The notes under the pieces are model-generated. The model was not told the DNA's origin and did no database searches. It saw only the letters and a program-made list of their open reading frames with translations. The translations under genes and the position numbers were made by a program. From contig FLMG01002222.1 of NCBI GenBank assembly GCA_900088475.1, forward strand, positions 1-58,237: DNA of 58,237 nt, given 5' to 3'. The stretch comes from Hyphochytrium catenoides. Lineage: Eukaryota; Protista; Hyphochytriomycota. The first letter of the stretch is position 1, and every line of letters begins with the position of its first letter. Shown here in pieces: positions 50,079-58,237 of the stretch.

Positions 50079-51583
50079 CTAAGCTTTCTTAGCCTTTCCC
50101 TTGGGTTTCGTTACCATTTTTGCAGCCAGAACGAGAGCCATATAGAAAACGCCGAGAAGCAGTCCAATGCCCATAGGCACCAGTATGGGCAGCTTGAACA
50201 AGAAGAGCAAAAACAGGTGCTTGAGGTAGAGGATATTAGTGGAGAGCGAGAGCTTGCTCTCTCCCTTTATCCTGTCTACGAAGACAATAGGGACTTCCAA
50301 GATGCGAGATTCTGGGACGTGGGACTTCACGATGAGCTCTAAGCCTATCTTGAACCCTAGGGTGTCGATTCCTAAAGAACGTCGATAGCAGTGTATAGAA
50401 ACGAGGGCAACTAATGAGGAGGAGACACATGCGCGATAGGAAACCCTATGAGGTACTTCCAGAAAAGACCAGGCTCCCGACAGGAGAATGAGGTAAAAAA
50501 GACTTGTGGCGCTTAAGCTTGAAAAGTCAAGATACCAGCGAAAAATCACAGCGTCGTACCTCTTCCGTCAAGCAAGCTTAACCAACATGCGCCAGACCCT
50601 AGAGCACACGAAAGGTATAGCAACTGCTAAAGCAACCTACCTGCATGTAGAGCCTTGTCAAAGGTCCAAGTGTCCAAGGCAAAGAAGCCGGACATGGGAT
50701 CTTTCACTCTGGTGAGCGGATAGGCCAAGAAGGTGGCACCTAAGCTAATGACTCGACGAACTAGTGGCCAGTCTTCCACGCCACCACCAGAGACATAGCG
50801 CGAGCCCAGTGTGAAGCTTTTAGAGCCATTGGCGATCGGGAGGACCAGCTCCTGCAGCCCCAAAGGCAGCCAGACAGTGTTTAGAGGTAGCTTAGAGTGA
50901 GACAGAAAAAGGTATACGAAGAAGACGGGTGAAGATGGAGTTCTAGGGCTTCTAAGCAAGAAGGCAGAAGTAGCCGCATGCTGACCGGGAGCTTCTCTGG
51001 CGGATGTGAGAGATCTGCGTCCATTACGGCGAGGATGTCATACTTGGCTTTGTAGAATCCTAACATAACAGCACTAGAAAGGCCTGTCTCTCCATTTGGT
51101 CTCACAATGATTGAGATGGGGTGGCTTCGGGCTAGTTCTTTCACGATATCTTCTATTCCGTCCTCGGAGTGGTCATCAACGACAATCATCTCTGCAAGGA
51201 GACAGCAGTGTGGGCGTTTAAGATAGGAGAGGGCGAAAAGATAGGAGACAGAAGCGAGACTAACCGCCAGTAATGCCTGCAGATGAGAGGGAGGCAAAAG
51301 TCCGGGTGCATAGTTCTTTGATGTTTGGGGCTTCGCGCAAAGTTGGCACCACTATCGACACCTGCGGAGGATAAGTTCGGTTCTCTCCCCAGGAAGAGTC
51401 AGCGCCTGCAGGACTTGAGGGTGCGAACTCGCGGAGCAGGAGCTGACTGACAAGCCATCCCAACGCAGCCGCTGCGAAGGCCATCTTCAGTGCCCTTCGC
51501 CATGTAACAGTGCCGGAGTCAAACTCAGGCAGCCTGTCCTGTCGCTGCTGCATCGACCGCTGGCCTAATCCGTTCCTCTGCAT
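50079..51583 (-). CDS. DPM1: Dolichol-phosphate mannosyltransferase (GT2), 4 exons (51583-51265, 51191-50986, 50851-50641, 50371-50079)
   Basis: VSIVVPTLREAPNI, EMIVVDDHSEDG, GLSSAVMLGF, VMDADLSHPP (DxD), GSRYVSGGGV.DWP..RRVIS, DPMSGFF, GFKIGLEL, EVPIVFVDRIKGESKL, plus a C-terminal TM segment. Confidence 0.9.
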
Positions 51584-52019
51584 GACTCTTCTCCCTCTTC
51601 ACTCAGAACTTGTCCTACAGAGCCAATAATCTCAGGCACTCTCCAAACTGCCCGACTGCTGCTTGGCTAGGAGAGCTTCGCCTTCCTGTTTGGCTGGTGC
51701 GCGGATGAGCGGCGCTCTGAGCTCTGACGATGAGCTGATGGATCATAAGAATCTCATCGCACTCTTCTTCCGCTTGTTGGGGTCTATTCGTATACCCCAA
51801 ATTAAACACAACAAAACAAACTCAAACTTCCCCACAGTCTCTTTCCCTTATGATATAATGGGGTTGAAAACAAACCCACTTCCGGGGACTGGTGCCTGGA
51901 TGATTATAAGAGGGATTACAGAATCTCCATCATGAATCTTCGAAGAACACATGTTCTGAGAATCGACCGGAGGCCGGCCTCCGACAGCAGTGACAGAGAA
52001 GCAGAGGGAAGCACTTCCT

Positions 52020-54100
52020 CAACAGGGAGAAAAGTTATAGAGCCACGACGGGAAGCAGATCAGCTCTCTCATCCAGACCTGGCTGGAAGCAGCCGCCCAT
52101 GAACCCATGAAGAAAGCAACTCCCAGGCTCTCGAGCCATTCTTGATGACCGCTAACAAGGAGGCTCTTCTTCCTGGCGGCGGCCGCGACGTAGCCAAAAG
52201 GCCGGGTCAATGGTGGGTATCGAAGAGTGACATACCGCTGTGGCCGCTGGTCAATGGCTAGCATTATCACGATTGCAATCGATCGATTTAGCTACTTAAT
52301 GAGCCGCTCTCTTTGGTCATGCAGCAGCACCTCTTCTACCACTTTCCCTTAGCTGCACGGGCGCCACTAAGGTCAATAACAACCATCCTAGTAAGGTACA
52401 TACAGCCGCAAGCCCGCCGACCCTCAAGGCACAGCGTGCACGTGCTTGGTGGTCGATGAGAGCTGTGCCTACTTACACAAATCGCCCGAGTTTTTTCTGG
52501 GATACATAATATCACCAAGTGCTTGGCTATGTCGTCTAACAACTGCGAAGTGTCGAAAGGGGCCTCAAGACACTTCTTCCAGCCAATGAGGAACTTTTCT
52601 AGTCCTCCGACTACCTTGCCCAAGTACCATGGAGCCCAACCAGACCAATCTATCTCCTGACGATAGCGTTTCCGTGGACCTCCTTCTTATTCTTGTCCAG
52701 TCTTTGACTCGAACGAACAGATAGGACAAGCTACTTCACGTTTTCCCATGACCATACTCCCTCTCAAAGTCCAAGAGCGGTGGTGGTGCATGAGAGACAT
52801 CGTCTGTTAGGGTAAGCCTCAAGAAGGGAGGCTTAGAGGTGAGGATGTCCCGGCCTGCGTAGTCATAGACCGCCTTCGACTTGTCCATCTTACCTTTTTA
52901 TCTATTATGGACATTTCCTCCATATGACACGGGCTGTCCCGCCTTCCTCCGTGCTACCCTTGCGATCCTCTTCGCTAGATGGGCATACACCCTTGCGCTA
53001 CTATCAACACGTGGCTTGGCATTTTCACATGTCTACGACCACGGGTCATGATTGTATGGGAGGATCCCTTTCTCTCATCAGCGGCAGCAGCCGCCCACAG
53101 CAGAAAGCCAGATATGGGCGCCTTCTCAAAGCTTTCGATAGGCGCCAAGAAGCCTCCGCTGCTCCTCATTGCCAAGCTCAGTTTGACTGTCTGTCATCCC
53201 CTTGAGATCCCTGACTGCTGACTCTTGGCTGGCGGCTTCGCCTCTCACTTGGCCAGGTACCGATGAACTGTCCTTAAAGTCCTGGGGTATTTCTGAAGCT
53301 ACTACCGTTTCGCCACTGTGGTCTCGCACGGACGTTGGCTCTGTCTCGCGGCTCCCGTCTTCCTGCTCCTCTCTCTCTCTCTCTTTGGCCTTTCGTCGTC
53401 TTCTTTTCTGATCTTCCTCTCCCTTGACTTCTCGCTTCCTTTCCTGTGTGTCTCTCTTTCTCTGTCTGTCTCCCTTTCTCTGTCTGTCTCCCTTTCTCTC
53501 TCGCGCGCTTCCTGTTGTCCTGCTTTTTTGTGTCCCCTTTTATACTGCCTCGTGGCTCTCTTTCTCCCTCTGGGTCTCTCTCTCTCTCTCTCTCTGTGTG
53601 TCTCTCTCTCTCCTCACCTTAGTCTTTCTCCGCTCCTTTAGATGTCTTCCTCTGTCCTCTCTATCCATCTTTCTCCTCTGGTGCTTGCACTATTATTGCG
53701 CTTCTTCTCACGTTACTCCGTTCCACGCGTGGCTGTTGAGGCTAATCCACCAGCTCTTCATCAGCAGTGTTCGTCTTCCACCTCCTCCGGAGACAGCTTC
53801 AGCTGCGGCGGGGCTGATGGGTATAGTCATCATAGGAGTCTCATCAAGATACCTCGACCGCCTAGCCTCATTGGACTCTATGGGGGATCGATCTGTCCTG
53901 TGACATAGAATGAGAATATAGAGCCTCATGAGCCAGGGTCCCGGGCCTGCAGCGGAGCGTATCCTGCGCCATCATCCTCTAGGAGGACCTGCTCCATAAC
54001 CATGGACTCCCCAACTAGTTTCTTCGTGCTCGACACCGGAGACGATAACAGCACTGTTAGCTGAGATCATACCATAGAAAGCGGGAAGTAATCCATGGAT
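52020..54100 (-). pseudogene. Decayed multi-exon gene between DPM1 and the IQ gene
   Basis: Exon-like EIDWSGWAPWYLGKVVGGLEKFLIGWKKCLEAPF...AIC|GT, VEEVLLHDQRERLIK*LNRSIAIV (TAG at 52292-52294), and a frameshift at EEQRRLLGAYR/KALRRRPYL. Confidence 0.4.
53365..53640. repeat. CT-rich simple repeat
   Basis: (CT)n/CTGT tracts. Confidence 0.85.
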
Positions 54101-54138
54101 TGGCAAGGAGAAGCCAAAAAGGAACCTGAAGCCAGAGA

Positions 54139-55924
54139 ATGATCCTTCATTCTTCGGTAGAGAAAAATCCTGCTGGCAGCGTGCTGCCTAAGGTTGGACC
54201 CTCTCTAGCAGTATTTGGTCCACAGAGTTCCGCAGTTCCTTCCTCGTCCCCGGACCGGCGCACAGGTAAGCGAAAAAGCATTGAGCATACTAGCAAACGA
54301 CTGACGCCAAGGGCACTGAATAATGACCATATAGCGCTGACAACGCCTTTTTTCTCTCCCTCGTATTGTTGTTCACAGTGGCTAGCGACTTCTCAAGGCA
54401 GGCAGCGGGAAGATTCTACCGCAATAACACACTTGACGCTGCAACAGCGCAAAGGGCCCGAGATCTTCGGCGAAAGCGCTTTGCCATTGAAAAAGTCCAG
54501 AAAGAAGAGGAGCAGCTGGCTCAAGAGATAGACAGATTAGGACGAGTAGCTAGGACACTGCTGAGGAAGAGACGGCGAGCGCTAGAGAGAGTTTTGGGTC
54601 AGATCATCCTCGCCGCCATCGCTATTCAAACAGTTTGGAGAGGCTTTCGAGAAAGAAAGAAGTGGGCAAGGGAACGGGCCGCGAGGGTGATTCAAAGACA
54701 TTGGCACCAACATCGAGTCAGAGTGAAGCTATCCCATGCTCACAAGCGGCGGGCCATTGCCAGAGAAAGGAACCAGAGGTATGGGTATGCCAAGAGAATC
54801 CAGAGCTCTTTGATATCCTACCTGCATAAGAAAAGGAAGGAGACAAGACAGACGAAGGCTATCATCATCCAGAGAGCCATAAGGAGGTATTTATGTCAAA
54901 AGAGGGCGAGAAGACGGCAACTCGCTCACGCAGCAGAGAGACGGCGACACCAAGCCGCCATCGTCATCCAGAGGCATGTTAGGGGAATGATGGGAAGAAA
55001 AAAGTGCCGAAAGCTGCGGGAGGCTGTCCTCCAAATCCAAGCCTTTATATGTGGTAGACTGGTGCATAGAGACTATAGAAAACGGCTCATTGCTCTCGTG
55101 ATGTCTGGCGCATACAAGCCCAAAGATCCGTGGGGCAGGAAGCGACTAGTCTCTCGAGTGGAAGAGGAGAGGAAGATTGCGGCGACAAAATACCCAGAAG
55201 AAGACAGCGCAAAGGCTGTGGTGAGAGAGCTGATGGCTCACCCGGTCATCTTAAGAACGTTGGGTCATCGAGAGGACGTGTCTGGTAGAGCTGGAAGAGG
55301 AAAAAGGTGAGAGATACAATGGAACCTGACCCTATCCGCTCTCTGATATGTAGCTTTTCTTCAAGCATCTTTTCCTAGTCTTTATTTTCTCTGCCCTTGT
55401 TTCTCTCTGTCTCGGTCTCTCCCACTCTCCTTCTCTCTGTCTACCTCTCTCTCTGTCTGCCTCTCTCTTCTCTCTTTCTCTCTCTTTTATATCTTCACTT
55501 TCTTTCCGTTTACTATTTGAGAGCCCGTTGTCTCCTTTGCTACTACTCTCTCTTCCTCTTGATAATTGTCTCTTGTTTCCATCACCTCTCTTCCAGATCC
55601 ACAGAAGCTCTAGACATCATCATGCCAGCCGAGACAACCACCAATGCGCTCGTCTATGCGGCCACCTTAGAAAGACGAAGAGCCACGACAAGGGCTCACG
55701 GCAGGATATCCACGACCCCTGAGCAGCTGGAAAGATCCAAGAGAGCGATAGAAGCAACCCTTCTGTTTGAGATCAACCACCTGCTCCGCGCTCCTCCCAC
55801 AGTCTTAGGCGACTCGGTGGCTAGAGGACCTCCTCCTCGTCGTCGCATGTCCGTTGCAAATATCTCAGGCAGGAGGCATAGCCGAATGTCTATTGATCTG
55901 AGAAGAGAGTTAACGGAGCGCTGA
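54139..55924 (+). CDS. IQ calmodulin-binding motif protein (~6 IQ motifs), 3 exons (54139-54265, 54379-55306, 55597-55924)
   Basis: AAIAIQTVWRGFRERK, AARVIQRHW, AKRIQSSLISY, AIIIQRAIRRY, AAIVIQRHVRGMMGRK, AVLQIQAFICG. Introns are phase-consistent. Confidence 0.85.
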
Positions 55925-56205
55925 GTTCAGTAGCAGGAGCATTCACATTAGCATGGGAGAGGACAGTGTTTAACCCTCTACTGGGTAGTAGACCTTTGCA
56001 ATGACTGTTATATTTGTACCTACTCTTTCTTCTCCTCCTCCGTCTCTTCGTCTTTCGCTTAGGTCGTGATGTTAGTAGATGTGCCTTATCCTAATATTTA
56101 TATCTCGCGAATGCTCATCGCCACTCTATCTCAAACAAAGAGAGAGCACGGCGCTGATTACCAAGAAGAAGACACGAAAGACATAGTGGAGCTCTTGGAC
56201 GCAAG

Positions 56206-57738
56206 CTAGTGATTAACCGCTGTGGGTGATGAAGGGGCTGAGAAGCCACCTTGAACGTCTTTGCCCTTCGGTGAGCTCTTCGCCAGACGGAGGACGTCGC
56301 CTTGAGAACCTTCTGCATCCTCCTCTCCTGTCTCCAATGCGAGAGAGAGAGGTCTCTTCTGCGCCACCTTAGCCGGGCCAGCTTTTTGCCGTGAGATTTT
56401 TAGTTTCTGTAGATCGAAGGTGAGGTCTGCCGCTGTGGGAGTGGCGTACATGGCCCTGAGAGGCTTAAGAACTTCGTCTGGATGAGCGGCTCCTCGTTTC
56501 CGAAAGTTTTCTCCCATCTTCCAGAGATTGGCTTCCATGCTTTCTAGCCAATGCTGTTGGGGGCCAATCACCATGCCTGGCCTGCAGATACGGAGCCAGC
56601 CAATCACCTCTGCAGCAGTGAACCTGGCCGATAGAGTTAGGTTAGCTCTCTTTGACTTTCAGTGCACAGGTCCCTTCTCTTTGCAGGCTCTCCTCCATTA
56701 GTCCTCCTCAATATATGGCCTGCTGGCTCTACACTTCCTATGTTCCCAGGTTTCTTTCCGCTTTCGCTGTGTCCGATCTCAGTTGCGGCCGGGGCCTCTT
56801 TCCACTCTATCCCATACTTTCTGAGCGGCTCTCTAACCTGACATTCCTAGCTCCTCAACCACAAAGCAATCTTACCCATAGTGCTTCATAAGATAGGCGC
56901 CGATCAGACTGCCAGTCCTGCCTAGTCCAGCCTTACAATGTACAGCCACAACGCCTGGAGTCGCCTCACATTCCGCCAAGAATCTCTTCAGAATCTCTGC
57001 AGGCGGGCAGGAACCATCGGGAAAGAACAGCTCCCTGTGCTCTATGCCATGATTCGTGAACCGTGAGGCGTCATAGTACACGTTATTCAGGCGCACAGTC
57101 ATCGCAATGTGATTCTTCTTGAAGTACTCAAGATAGTTCTCGGGCGTGTGGTTCACATAGCCTTCAGGAGAGGCATAGGCCTCCGCATGAGGACCAGCAA
57201 AGGCGATAAACTTCTTGCAGACAAAGTGCAGATCCGCGTTCTCTACTCTCTCGTAGAACTCAAACTCGTCAATGTTGAAGTCCTTGAAGTCAAAGAATCC
57301 ACAGTCTCTTGCCTTGACCAACCCTGAGACGCAGTTAAGGATGGTCAGGTTATAGGTACACTCGGTCGGCGTGGCGTCATGGAAAGGCATAAAAGTGAAC
57401 CCGGAGAAGGGCTGGAAGGCCTCCGCAGGTGCGAGCCCTTGGTACAGAGCCCTCCAAGAAGTGAGCAGACAGGCTGCGTTAGTTAACTTTTGTGGCACTG
57501 TCGACGCGTAGAAAACAATGACTTTGTCCTTCAAGGCCTCGTCCTGCAGCTTGGAGTTGAGCATCTGGCAGAAACGGTAGAGCTGGCCGAGATTGAGAGG
57601 ACCAAAATCAAGGAAGAAGTTCCAATACTGAAGCACATTGTCTATCGAGAAGTAGTGGTGCCCGCGCACTTTCCGAGGCGAGTCTGAGGCTAAGAAGCTG
57701 AGCCTCTGAGGGATAATTTCAATGAGCTTATTCTCCAT
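56206..57738 (-). CDS. CDC14: Cdc14 dual-specificity phosphatase, 2 exons (57738-56876, 56623-56206)
   Basis: [48 protein letters not shown], catalytic [11 protein letters not shown], and [23 protein letters not shown]. Confidence 0.96.
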
Positions 57739-58099
57739 GGAAAAAGAAGCGCGGAGGAGCAAGCTCCACCAGTGCTTGTACCTATTAACTTTGTGATAAT
57801 CCTGGCAGGGCCAAGGGACATTGGCGAAGCGAATGTACTTTGGCTGTTGCGCTTCAGGCTCTATATCAGTCAATGAACCACTGAAGAGAAGGACGAGAAG
57901 CGCTATACTCAGCAAACCCAGTATGTCGGTGCCATGCCCAGGCTGCCAGGTCAGGAAAGAGGCACGCTGCAGACTGGGAAGAACAAGAGCAAATTTCTAG
58001 CTAAGAGAATGGAGAGAGCACGGTTGATGCCTTTTTCAACTCTTCTCGTCGGTTGTCCAAACCTCTCTGAGGAGGTTGTCTACTTTACTATCTCCATTA

Positions 58100-58237
58100 T
58101 CAGCACTCTGCCTGTTTGTCGTCGATGACCTCCTCCGCTCGCTCATCCTCATCATTCACCTCATCCTCTTCAATCAGTCCCCAGCTTGATTCTTGAGATG
58201 TTGACGAACTAACTCTCTCTCTCTCTCTCTTTCTCTC
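58100..58237 (-). CDS. Possible 3' end of a gene extending beyond the window
   Basis: Open frame SSTSQESSWGLIEEDEVNDEDERAEEVIDDKQAEC-TGA; may be non-coding. Confidence 0.25.
   Translation of the reverse strand, partial: ERKRERERVSSSTSQESSWGLIEEDEVNDEDERAEEVIDDKQAEC

Noticed and set aside
907-57738. Stop-codon reassignment (TAG=Gln or TGA=Trp) as an explanation for in-frame stops
   Set aside because: The >2,000-codon ORF and all conserved genes have no internal TAG/TGA, and genes end in TAA, TAG and TGA. Stops occur only in relics that also have frameshifts.

Overview
Eukaryotic nuclear DNA with GT-AG spliceosomal introns, the standard genetic code, CT/AG-microsatellite-rich introns and two N gaps. 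Gene content suggests a flagellated stramenopile related to oomycetes or hyphochytrids (inference only). I manually spliced these apparently intact genes: a ~2,270-aa Glu-rich protein with an N-terminal signal-anchor, a ~15-exon EF-hand protein, a MARCH6/Doa10 RING-CH E3 ligase, an orphan AT-hook protein, a 4xC2H2 zinc-finger TF, the Nma111/Deg7 double-HtrA protease, a bZIP TF, a Dol-P-Man synthase, an IQ-motif protein and Cdc14. Several intergenic blocks are decayed genes with frameshifts and in-frame TAG/TGA stops. The most unusual part is the accessory block between Nma111 and the bZIP gene (~34-46.5 kb). It holds a ~4-kb compositionally distinct, hairpin-rich island with an intact intronless degenerate-ankyrin ORF of the kind typical of giant viruses, plus a divergently oriented frameshifted ankyrin relic. 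A further ~270-bp ankyrin-like fragment is inserted, with a 5-bp duplication, into a neighbouring host pseudogene. No tRNA, rRNA, CRISPR array, transposase or viral hallmark gene was recognised.
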